Part shown: positions 27,824-36,518 of the stretch, piece after piece
Numbering within the stretch: position 1 is the stretch's first letter
How the letters are laid out: the number at the start of each line of letters is the position of its first letter
Virus record (IMG/VR): IMGVR_UViG_3300005939_000010
Location: 1-59,230 of that record
Length of the DNA: 59,230 nucleotides
Reading direction: 5' to 3' (one strand)
From: a virus
Lineage: Duplodnaviria; Caudoviricetes
Position numbers and translations under genes: made by a program
The notes under the pieces: generated by a model
Databases searched by the model: none
What the model was told of the DNA's origin: nothing
What the model saw: only the letters and a program-made list of their open reading frames with translations

Positions 27824-29617
27824 ATGTCGCAATACGGACCAACCCTGCCATTTTCTGAAGAGCTTCACGCCGAGAAGTATCGCGGCAAGGGTGAGACCTT
27901 CAAGGAGGCAACGAACCGGATAGCTGGAACACTGGAAGATAGCGAAGGGCACTTTAGGGCCTTTCGTGATGCTCTCCTTAATATGCGATTCATGCCTGGT
28001 GGTCGCATTCAAAACGCCATTGGCTCCACCAAGAACTGCACGGCCTACAACTGCTATGTGGCCGGCAAGATAGCCGACTCCTTTGTAGCAGGTGACGGCG
28101 CCATCATGCAGATAGCCTCTGAGGCCGCAGCTACTATGCGAATGGGTGGTGGGATTGGCTACGATTTCTCAACGCTGCGTCCGTGCGGCGACACTATCAA
28201 GAAGCTCCAGTCGCAGTCCTCAGGACCTATCTCCTTCATGGAAATCTTTGACGCGATCTGTAGATGCATTGCCTCCTCCGGCCATAGGCGAGGGGCACAG
28301 ATGGGAATCATGCGTATTGATCATCCCGACATCGAAGACTTCATCAGGTCAAAGCAACCGCCGAAGGCAGCTCAGCCGATCATGGAGCAACTGGCCAAAC
28401 ACCGGCATGGGACGCCGGAGTGGCTCGCTTGGTACCAGGCTCTTCAGGCGGTGTTCCAACTCACAGGGTTCAACATCTCAGTCGCCGTAACGGACGAGTT
28501 CATGAAGGCGCTTGAAGCCAATAGCGAATTCCCTCTAAGGTTCAATGACAAGGTGTATCGAACAACGAACGCGACGGCACTGTGGGACATGCTGATGCGG
28601 TCCACCTGGGATTGGGCCGAGCCGGGAGTCATCTTCATCGACACTATCAACCGGATGAACAACCTGTGGTATTGCGAGGAGATCATCGCGACGAATCCCT
28701 GCGGTGAGCAGCCACTGCCGGCGCACGGTGCCTGCCTCCTGGGCTCTTTCAACCTGACGCAGTACATCGTTCGGTCCCTGGGCCAGACTCGGCCATACTT
28801 TGACTTTGGTGAGTTGATAGAGGATATTCCACACGTGGTTCGGGCAATGGATAACGTGATCGATAAATCCACCTATCCCCTTCCCCAGCAGGAACAGGAA
28901 GCGAAGAGCAAGCGCCGGATGGGGCTGGGTGTTACTGGCCTGGCGAACGCTTTGGAAGTCTTGGGAATGCCTTACGGCTCTGATAGTTTCCAGCGAATGG
29001 AAATGCGAATCCTCATGACCATCGCAAATGAGGTCTACCGTGCATCGGCTCTCCTTGCCCAGGAGAAAGGAGCTTTCCCGTTATATGACCGGAAGTACTT
29101 ATCCTCCCCGTTCATCCAACTCCTCAACGATGACGTGAAGGCTTTGATCAGGCAACATGGGATCCGCAACAGCCACCTCACCTCCATAGCACCTACCGGC
29201 ACCATCTCCCTGTGTGCTGACAATGTGTCGTCCGGTATTGAGCCGGTCTTTTCGTATAGCCAACGGCGAACCGTCAACATGCCGTCCGGCCAGGTAGAGA
29301 CTGACTTCGATGACTACGGCAAGCGCGTGTTCGGTGTTAGGGGTAAGCGATGCCAGGACGTCACCATCGTGGAGCATCTTGATGTGCTGGAAATTGCGAC
29401 TCGCTGTGTAGACTCCGCCGTGAGTAAGACCTGCAACGTACCAGCCGACACACCATGGTCAGACTTCAAGGCCCTCTACGTTGAAGCATGGAATCGCGGC
29501 TGCAAGGGCATCACGACCTTTCAGGTAGGCGGTAAGAGAGCCGGGATTATCAAGTCCACGGATGACGCTGCGGCCTGCAAGATCGATCTACAGACGGGAC
29601 GTAAAGAGTGCGAGTGA
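27824..29617 (+). CDS. nrdJ: class II (adenosylcobalamin-dependent) ribonucleotide reductase
   Basis: PGGRI, GGGIG, TNPCGEQPL, IAPTGTIS; no NrdB small subunit in window. Confidence 0.9.
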   Translation: MSQYGPTLPFSEELHAEKYRGKGETFKEATNRIAGTLEDSEGHFRAFRDALLNMRFMPGGRIQNAIGSTKNCTAYNCYVAGKIADSFVAGDGAIMQIASEAAATMRMGGGIGYDFSTLRPCGDTIKKLQSQSSGPISFMEIFDAICRCIASSGHRRGAQMGIMRIDHPDIEDFIRSKQPPKAAQPIMEQLAKHRHGTPEWLAWYQALQAVFQLTGFNISVAVTDEFMKALEANSEFPLRFNDKVYRTTNATALWDMLMRSTWDWAEPGVIFIDTINRMNNLWYCEEIIATNPCGEQPLPAHGACLLGSFNLTQYIVRSLGQTRPYFDFGELIEDIPHVVRAMDNVIDKSTYPLPQQEQEAKSKRRMGLGVTGLANALEVLGMPYGSDSFQRMEMRILMTIANEVYRASALLAQEKGAFPLYDRKYLSSPFIQLLNDDVKALIRQHGIRNSHLTSIAPTGTISLCADNVSSGIEPVFSYSQRRTVNMPSGQVETDFDDYGKRVFGVRGKRCQDVTIVEHLDVLEIATRCVDSAVSKTCNVPADTPWSDFKALYVEAWNRGCKGITTFQVGGKRAGIIKSTDDAAACKIDLQTGRKECE

Positions 29618-29661
29618 GCGAGGATTTGTCGTTTTGACTTTCTAGAGGGTAGTATAGTACC

Positions 29662-30546
29662 ATGATTGAATACGACTTACAGGAAGAGCAGATTAAGGAG
29701 TACTTCGCCACAGCACAGGAGCGATACTCCATAATGTTGCGGAGGCGTGATGGGTCACCGAAGCCATGGTCGGATGATCAGGTCTTCAGGAACTGGCGGT
29801 TCTGTAATGTATTCCGCGAGGACGATAAGGTCACTGAGTGGATACGGAAGAACGTTCGGGAGCCTTTGCAGAACAACCCCAAGGTCATCACCGCGATGGC
29901 GGCATGCCGTATCTTCAATCGGATAGCAACCCTTGAGAGATTGGACAAGGCCCATCTCTTTATTGACTGGAACGCGGCTGAGTGCCGTAGGGTAATGGCC
30001 GGTGTCACGCCGGTTGTGGGTGCGGCATACGTCGTCAAAACGCCAGACGGTATGGATAAGCTCAACGGCTGTATTGAGATGGTTGATGCGTTTCAGCGGG
30101 ATGCCGCTAATGTGCTAACACATCTGGCAAGCCACCAACGTGGTCCTCTTTCCCTTGAACAGGTCTGGACAATTTTACAGCGTTTCCCTTGTATTGGCCC
30201 GTTCATGGCCTATGAGATAGTTTCAGACTTACGACACACCTACCTACTCAAGGACGCATGGGATGTATGTCGTTGGGCATGCCCTGGTCCCGGCGCTGCG
30301 AGAGGTCTGTCCTGGATTCATGCTAGGAATATGACGGCAGTTCCGTACGGCGGTAAGAAGGCGTCGGCCGCAGCCATCAAGGCCATGCGGATTTTGCTTC
30401 TTCACTCAACAGCGAAATCGCTGTGGCCGGCAGATTGGCCTCGGTGGGAGATGCGTGAGGTGGAGCATTGGCTCTGTGAGTACGCCAAGTATGCCAAGGT
30501 CAAGCACCTAAGAAAAACCATGAAAGTTAGATATCAAGGAGCGTAG
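29662..30546 (+). CDS. aGPT-Pplase1 / 5-hmdU DNA kinase helical domain protein (stand-alone)
   Basis: PWSDD.VF...RFCNVFREDDKVT, GPFMAYEIVSDL, GPGAARGL, REVEHWLCEYAKY. Confidence 0.85.
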   Translation: MIEYDLQEEQIKEYFATAQERYSIMLRRRDGSPKPWSDDQVFRNWRFCNVFREDDKVTEWIRKNVREPLQNNPKVITAMAACRIFNRIATLERLDKAHLFIDWNAAECRRVMAGVTPVVGAAYVVKTPDGMDKLNGCIEMVDAFQRDAANVLTHLASHQRGPLSLEQVWTILQRFPCIGPFMAYEIVSDLRHTYLLKDAWDVCRWACPGPGAARGLSWIHARNMTAVPYGGKKASAAAIKAMRILLLHSTAKSLWPADWPRWEMREVEHWLCEYAKYAKVKHLRKTMKVRYQGA

Positions 30547-30548
30547 GT

Positions 30549-31346
30549 ATGAAGATCTGGATACCAACCCGTTCACGACACCTAGTCTTCACGCAGGCAG
30601 GCCGCACGCTGGCACAGCTCATCAAGGTTCCCGAGCTCGTGGATAAGGTGGTCGTCGTCTGTCCCCTTGAGCAATTTGCCTCTTATGCCAACAGGATGCC
30701 CTCTGGTGTTCGCCTCTCAAGCTGCCCCGTCAGCGGCATCACCAACGTCCGCCAGTGGATCGGCCAGGTTGCAAAGGACGAGGGTGACGAGCACTTCTGT
30801 ATGATGGATGATGACCTCGGGTTCCTGATCCGCAAGGACCACCCGGATTGGCACCTGTTTGGTCAGGAACCTCAGCAGACCCTGGATATGGTCAACTACA
30901 TTGAGACGCTGCTGAAGCAGGGCTACGGCGCGGTCGGTGTTTCGGCTCGCGAAGGGCAGAACCGACTGGAAGATTGCCCGACTGACAACACGCGGCTGAT
31001 CCGCGTCCTCGCCTTCAACACGGAAGCCTTCCTGGGCTGTGAGCACGGTCGGGTAGAAGTGATGGAGGACTTTGACATCCTGCTCCAACTCCTTCGTAAG
31101 GGCCTGCCCAACTGTGTCACGGTGAGGTATGCCCAGGGGCAACGACAGACGCAGGAGGCCGGAGGTTGCAGCGACTACCGTTCGCATGCGGTTCATGAGG
31201 CTGCGGCTGAGAAGCTGGCTGAACTGCACGCGCCGTATGTCCGGACCCGGGAGAAGAAGAATAAGTCTGGTGGAGAATTTGGGACACGCAAGGAAGTCAC
31301 AATCGCATGGAAGAGAGCCTATGGCTCGAGTCTGAACGATGCCTAG
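30549..31346 (+). CDS. GT-A fold glycosyltransferase, TET/JBP-associated (TAGT/GREB1-like)
   Basis: IWIPTRSR, GITNVRQWI, MMDDDL (DxD), EDFDILLQLL, GGCSDYR. Confidence 0.75.
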   Translation: MKIWIPTRSRHLVFTQAGRTLAQLIKVPELVDKVVVVCPLEQFASYANRMPSGVRLSSCPVSGITNVRQWIGQVAKDEGDEHFCMMDDDLGFLIRKDHPDWHLFGQEPQQTLDMVNYIETLLKQGYGAVGVSAREGQNRLEDCPTDNTRLIRVLAFNTEAFLGCEHGRVEVMEDFDILLQLLRKGLPNCVTVRYAQGQRQTQEAGGCSDYRSHAVHEAAAEKLAELHAPYVRTREKKNKSGGEFGTRKEVTIAWKRAYGSSLNDA

Positions 31347-31665
31347 GATCCGCCCATCCCACCGTCTGGAGCAGATCACCGACAACCTGGTAACCCTTCG
31401 GCTATTGGCAGGACTGAAGGAAACGCCAGAAGGCTGCTTTGTCTGGCAACGGCACAAAGATCGTCACGGCTACGGCCAAATGTGGTACAATGGTAGAAGC
31501 CACTGGGTGCACCGCCTGTCCTACGCCATCTTCAAGGGCGATATTGAGGAGGGCCTGACAATAGACCACCTATGTCGAAACCGTGCCTGCTGCAACCCAG
31601 AGCATCTTGAGGCAGTTACGCAAAGCGAGAACTCATTAAGGAGATGGCAGTCATGCACGTCATAG
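31339..31665 (+). CDS. HNH homing endonuclease
   Basis: CFVWQ..GYG..VHRLSY..IDHLCRNRACCNPEHLEAVTQSEN. Confidence 0.92.
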   Translation: MPRIRPSHRLEQITDNLVTLRLLAGLKETPEGCFVWQRHKDRHGYGQMWYNGRSHWVHRLSYAIFKGDIEEGLTIDHLCRNRACCNPEHLEAVTQSENSLRRWQSCTS

Positions 31666-32672
31666 AAACGAGAAACGTCCACGAGGCCTTGCCGGAGGTC
31701 ATGCGTTATTTGCAGGAGCATGGTGAAGGCCGCGAGAGTAGGAACGGACCAGTGCTCAAAGCGCCGGGACCTGTGACTATTGTTTACGAACGGCCTACCG
31801 AGCGCGTCATGTTCTGGCCACAGAGGGATGCGAATCCCTTCTTCCACTTGCTTGAGGCCATGTGGATGTTGTGTGGTCGGAATGACGTTGCATTCCCGGC
31901 GTCCATAATAGGCACCATGCGAAACTTCTCCGACAATGGTGTCACCTACAATGGGGCTTACGGCCATCGGTGGCGGAGCCATTTTGGCTATGACCAACTC
32001 AGTACTATTGCGTCGGCTCTGAGAGAGAATCCCGACTGCCGACGGCAAGTCCTAACAATGTGGGACCCCTGGCTTGATCTCGGTCTCGAATCGAAAGACC
32101 TCCCGTGCAACACGCAGGCCTACTTCTCAATCAGTGGTGGTGTGTTGAATATGATGGTGACAAATCGATCCAACGATGCGGTCTGGGGAGCCCTCGGTGC
32201 CAACGCTGTGCACTTCTCTGTACTCCTTGAGTACATGGCCGCAAAAATTGGTGTGCCGGTCGGGACCTACTGGCAGGTAACAAACAACCTGCATCTCTAT
32301 CTCGACAATCACCGAGACTTGATGGAGGAGATGGCTAAGAAGGCATGGCCGTCCACCCAGTCCGAAAGCCCTTATCTGATGGAAGTTGTCAAGACCACCC
32401 CACTGATTCCCCGAGGTGACGTCCACCGTTTTGAGCAGGACCTGGGTGTCCTCCTGGACGACGGTCTTCTCCTGGGCATGACGGACCCCTTCATTCGCAA
32501 GGTGGCTGCTCCGATGCTAATGGCTCTCCGAGCCTATAAGGCCAACGAGGCCCCTGAGAAGTTCGATGCGGCGAGGGGAATTCTCCTCAAGGGTATGGAC
32601 CAAGACGGCGACTGGGCCGCGGCCTCGCTGGACTGGATAAACAGACGTGAGCGTAAGTGGAGGAGTAAGTGA
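31653..32672 (+). CDS. thymidylate synthase homologue, probable dUMP hydroxymethyltransferase
   Basis: SRNG, RDANPFFHL.E, GAYG.RWR, DLPCN, NRSND..WG..GAN; the Asn matches the dUMP-specifying position. Confidence 0.85.
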   Translation: MHVIETRNVHEALPEVMRYLQEHGEGRESRNGPVLKAPGPVTIVYERPTERVMFWPQRDANPFFHLLEAMWMLCGRNDVAFPASIIGTMRNFSDNGVTYNGAYGHRWRSHFGYDQLSTIASALRENPDCRRQVLTMWDPWLDLGLESKDLPCNTQAYFSISGGVLNMMVTNRSNDAVWGALGANAVHFSVLLEYMAAKIGVPVGTYWQVTNNLHLYLDNHRDLMEEMAKKAWPSTQSESPYLMEVVKTTPLIPRGDVHRFEQDLGVLLDDGLLLGMTDPFIRKVAAPMLMALRAYKANEAPEKFDAARGILLKGMDQDGDWAAASLDWINRRERKWRSK

Positions 32673-33208
32673 TGTCTCTAGAGCCCAGAGTGATCCAGCG
32701 GATCCGCCAGCGCCGGGAAGGCGGGCATACGACGCGGTGTCATACGGTTCCGCATATTGGGACCTACGACGTCGCCCAGCACTCCTGGCATGCGGCTGTA
32801 CTCCTATCGGAGCTACATCCCGGCGCCTCTAAGGAACTACTCCTCCATGTCCTGCTGCACGACGTACAGGAACGATGGACCGGCGATGCTCCGGCCTTTG
32901 CTAAGTGGGCCTTCAAGGATGTGGGCGCAGCCTTATGGAAGGCTGAGGAGAAGGTCTCCAAGGCGATCGGTGTCTGCAACACACTTACTCCCTACGAGGC
33001 CGAGTGGGCCAAAGCCGTCGATGTCCTGGAGCTCTGGATGTGGTGTCTAGACCAGGAGGCCATCGGGAACTGTGGTAATGTGGGCAACCTGAAAGTGAAT
33101 ATCAGCCGGTGGGCTTCAGAGCACCGCGAGAAGCTGCCGATGCCAGCATGGCACTTCTTCAAACAGTATGGATGGCAACGTGAAAGCGATATTCTGGAGG
33201 TATCATGA
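32672..33208 (+). CDS. HD-domain 5'-deoxynucleotidase (YfbR-like)
   Basis: VAQHSW, LLHDVQERWTGD, KAVD.LE. Confidence 0.85.
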   Translation: MSLEPRVIQRIRQRREGGHTTRCHTVPHIGTYDVAQHSWHAAVLLSELHPGASKELLLHVLLHDVQERWTGDAPAFAKWAFKDVGAALWKAEEKVSKAIGVCNTLTPYEAEWAKAVDVLELWMWCLDQEAIGNCGNVGNLKVNISRWASEHREKLPMPAWHFFKQYGWQRESDILEVS

Positions 33209-33741
33209 AGCATGATCTAGACACAGCACACCTGGAGCATATCACGCCGGTATGCGACGAGGACAAGGCCGGTCTCAACAAGGCCGAGGCCCAGTACAAG
33301 GGCAGTTGGAAACGGCGCGGTGGCATTGGGGCCTATATGATGCTCTGTCGTAAGTGGGACCGCATCGAGAATGCAATTGAGAGTGATAGCGGCGTCACCA
33401 TGTACGGTAAGAAGGTCTCTCTTCGCCATGCTCTTGCCATGCTGACAGCAAAGCTGGAGCAGTGTGGGTCCAGCGATCTTGGCTCTCAGAATATCGGCCA
33501 AATCTTGGACGTGCTCCAGGGTGTTCAGGGCGACCACCGTTTTGACATCTTCGCCAAAATCGCATCCGACGATCGACCTGAAGGGCTGATTGACGACATC
33601 CGCGACCTCCGCCGGTATCTGGTTCTCGTTGAGGCCGAGATGAGGGCACGCGGCAGCAAGGGTGCTGTATCGACGCATCGCGACAACGTTGTTCAGACAA
33701 CGGTTCTTCCGGAAGCACCTAGTGATGGAGGCGCAAAATGA
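33205..33741 (+). CDS. nucleotide-modification-associated all-alpha (MazG-like) protein
   Basis: YKGSWKRRGG.GAYMML.RKWDRIE and DDIRDLRRYLVLVEAE. Confidence 0.7.
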   Translation: MKHDLDTAHLEHITPVCDEDKAGLNKAEAQYKGSWKRRGGIGAYMMLCRKWDRIENAIESDSGVTMYGKKVSLRHALAMLTAKLEQCGSSDLGSQNIGQILDVLQGVQGDHRFDIFAKIASDDRPEGLIDDIRDLRRYLVLVEAEMRARGSKGAVSTHRDNVVQTTVLPEAPSDGGAK

Positions 33742-34019
33742 GTAGAGACAAGACAGACGCTGAGAACTTCATGGAGTTGCAGAAGGCCGTGGTCGCTGCA
33801 ACACGGAAGGCGATTGAGGAGAACGCGGTCGACCTACCAGTCGCAATGCTGGCACAGTACATGCACTCAATCGGCGGTTTCTTCCATGAAGAGGGCTATG
33901 GCACGTCGGGTCCGAAGCACGAGTATCCCTTCAGGCTTCGCGTACAATCAACAATCCGACCGAATATCGAGTCGGCCTCGAAAGTTCGGGTGGTTGAGCA
34001 AGTGTTGGGGTGGGGATAA
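33738..34019 (+). CDS. hypothetical protein
   Basis: GGAGG RBS; coupled to both neighbours. Confidence 0.55.
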   Translation: MSRDKTDAENFMELQKAVVAATRKAIEENAVDLPVAMLAQYMHSIGGFFHEEGYGTSGPKHEYPFRLRVQSTIRPNIESASKVRVVEQVLGWG

Positions 34020-34534
34020 TGGAACCCGTTAGAGACATGATCTCAAGGCCAAGGCGTAGGGATCAGATTCGTGAGTATGTGGTCGGGCTGATGTTTGATG
34101 AGGCGATGCAGAAGGTCGTACTCATCAAGAAAGAGCACGGTCCGAAGTGCGTTGTCGGTTTCTGGAACGGGGTCGGTGGTCACGTTGAGCCAGGTGAGGT
34201 CCCGATTGACGCTATGGTCCGGGAATACCGTGAAGAGGCTGGGGTGTTGACTACTCCTTCCGATTGGATGCTGTTCACCGAACTGGACGGAGGGCCGGAG
34301 TTGGAGTCACCTGAGTTCAGGGTGTCCTTCTACTGGGGACGGCGCCAGAGTGCTGTCTCCCGTGCTCGAACCATGACGGACGAACGCGTCGGGACTTTCT
34401 GGGTCGCCGACATCGCTGAAAATCTGCGTGATGAAATCGTCCCGAACCTTTCATGGATGATCCCCTTCCTTAAAGACCCTGGCACCACCAACTACATTCC
34501 GGCGCTTTGCTGCACCTATGAGGATAGCAAATGA
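34019..34534 (+). CDS. Nudix hydrolase
   Basis: Nudix box GGHVEPGEVPIDAMVREYREEAG. Confidence 0.9.
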   Translation: MEPVRDMISRPRRRDQIREYVVGLMFDEAMQKVVLIKKEHGPKCVVGFWNGVGGHVEPGEVPIDAMVREYREEAGVLTTPSDWMLFTELDGGPELESPEFRVSFYWGRRQSAVSRARTMTDERVGTFWVADIAENLRDEIVPNLSWMIPFLKDPGTTNYIPALCCTYEDSK

Positions 34535-36510
34535 TACAGCAACCTCTCTTCCAACCTGATGTCGACTGGAAGCCTCCGAAGATCAGCGACCTTCCCTCCT
34601 GGGCAGATGCCCGGAGGGTTTCGGTCGACTGTGAAACGAGGGACGACCACATCAAGAAGCTCGGCCCAGGAGTGCGACGGGGAGGCTACATTTGCGGCTA
34701 CTCCTTTGCGATCGAGGACGGACCCAGCCACTATGTTCCCTTGCGTCATGAGGGTGGCGGCAACGTCCCAAACCCTCAGGCCGCGCTTCAGTATCTCCGT
34801 GACCAGTCTAAGGTCTTCAAGGGCTCGATCTGCGGTGCCGGCTTGCAGTATGACCTTGACTACTTCGCGGAGCAGGACATAATCTTCCGGGAGGCCGAGT
34901 GGTTCCGTGATGTGCAGATAGCCGAGCCACTTCTTGATGAGCTACAGATGTCCTACTCCTTGGAGAATATTGCCAAAAGGCGCGGCATCCCTGGGAAGGA
35001 CGAGGGTGGCCTCTTTGATGTCGGCAGCCTGATGGGTATTAAGAGGAAGGATATCAAAGGCACTATCTGGAGAATGCCAGCACAGCACGTTGCGGCCTAC
35101 GGCATCCAAGATGCGGAGCTGCCTCTACAGCTGCTCCGGCGCCAGGAACGTGAGATCGACGAGGAAAACCTATGGGATATCTACAACCTTGAGTCTAAGC
35201 TGCTGCCCGTTCTGGTGAAGGTCCGGCGACGCGGTGTGCGTGTCAATTTTGACCAACTGGATAAGGTGGCGAAGTGGTCCCTTGTCGAAGAAGGCAAGGC
35301 CCTCGAAGAGGTATACACGCGGACCCTGGTTCGGGTAGCCGTCGGAGATGTCTGGAAGGTCAATGCCCTCGTGCCTGTCCTGCAGAGCATAGGTGTTACG
35401 GTCCCAATGACGGTTCCCAAAGGCAAGTCCAAGCCAAAAGAATCCGTCAGCAACGACTGGCTGAAATCACTGAATCATCCTGTGGCCATAGCCCTCTACA
35501 GGGCACGCAAGATCAACAAGCTCCGGACAACCTTCGCAAACTCCGTACGAGAGCACGCGGTAGGTGACCGGATACATTGCACGCTCAACCAACTACGTAG
35601 GACCGACGACGAGACTGGAGACGACAAGGGAGCTCGTTATGGCCGACTCTCCTGCACCTTACCCAACCTTCAGCAACAGCCGTCCAGGGACGACCCTAAG
35701 CATGACCTATACATCGCCAAGCGTTGGCGGTCGATCTACGTCCCGGACGAGGGCGGCCTCTGGGCCTGCGATGACTATTCCCAGCAGGAACCTCGGTGGT
35801 TGGTCCACTACGCTGAGCACTGCCACTTGAACCCGAAGCTCCCGAAGTTCAACTTCCCTTCGGCCAGTGTAGCTGCGGCCAAATACCGCGACGATCCAAA
35901 TACCGACAACCACACGATGATGGCCCGTATCGTCTACGACCTCGGCGACAACGAGCAGCCGACCAAGGACCAGAGGACCGCAGCAAAGATCATCTACCTG
36001 GGCCTCTGCTATGGTATGGGTGGCGGCAAGCTCGCGAGGTCTCTGGGCCTACCCACCATCTGGAAGGATAAGTGGAACGGTATAGGTAAGTATGAGGCCG
36101 CAGGCCAGGAAGCCCAGGCGGTGCTGGACCTATTCAACACCAGAGCTCCGTTCATCAGAGGCATGGCGAAGGAATGCGAGAGGCGTGCCAAGCGCCGTGG
36201 CTTTATCAAAACCGTTCTGGGTCGGCATTGCCGGTTCCCGAAGAAAACGAACGGTGGCTGGGACTGGTGCCACAAAGGGCTGAACCGTTTGATCCAAGGT
36301 TCCTCCGGCGACCAGACTAAGAAAGCCATGGTCGACGCCGACGCGGCTGGCTACCGCGTGCAGTTGCAGGTGCATGATGAGCTCGACCTGACAGTTGAAA
36401 ATCGTGGCGTGGCAGAGGGATTGGCAATAATAATGCGTGAGTGTGTAACGGCCAACGTCCCATTCAAGGTGGACGTGGAAATTGGGCCCTCTTGGGGCGA
36501 AATCAAGTAG
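34531..36510 (+). CDS. polA: family A DNA polymerase with 3'-5' exonuclease
   Basis: DCET, YDL, DYSQQEPR (motif A), KIIYLGLCYG (motif B), QVHDE (motif C). Confidence 0.95.
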   Translation: MIQQPLFQPDVDWKPPKISDLPSWADARRVSVDCETRDDHIKKLGPGVRRGGYICGYSFAIEDGPSHYVPLRHEGGGNVPNPQAALQYLRDQSKVFKGSICGAGLQYDLDYFAEQDIIFREAEWFRDVQIAEPLLDELQMSYSLENIAKRRGIPGKDEGGLFDVGSLMGIKRKDIKGTIWRMPAQHVAAYGIQDAELPLQLLRRQEREIDEENLWDIYNLESKLLPVLVKVRRRGVRVNFDQLDKVAKWSLVEEGKALEEVYTRTLVRVAVGDVWKVNALVPVLQSIGVTVPMTVPKGKSKPKESVSNDWLKSLNHPVAIALYRARKINKLRTTFANSVREHAVGDRIHCTLNQLRRTDDETGDDKGARYGRLSCTLPNLQQQPSRDDPKHDLYIAKRWRSIYVPDEGGLWACDDYSQQEPRWLVHYAEHCHLNPKLPKFNFPSASVAAAKYRDDPNTDNHTMMARIVYDLGDNEQPTKDQRTAAKIIYLGLCYGMGGGKLARSLGLPTIWKDKWNGIGKYEAAGQEAQAVLDLFNTRAPFIRGMAKECERRAKRRGFIKTVLGRHCRFPKKTNGGWDWCHKGLNRLIQGSSGDQTKKAMVDADAAGYRVQLQVHDELDLTVENRGVAEGLAIIMRECVTANVPFKVDVEIGPSWGEIK

Positions 36511-36518
36511 GAGACACC

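Noticed and set aside
27824-29617. Intein or intron in nrdJ (also polA, terL, helicases)
   Set aside because: Lengths are normal; only a ~30-aa insertion near 28356-28460 without splicing motifs
31653-32672. Canonical ThyA or dCMP hydroxymethylase
   Set aside because: Lacks the ThyA LPPCH and PFN context; Asn rather than Asp at the specificity position; dCMP deaminase and helical-domain neighbours favour hmdUMP
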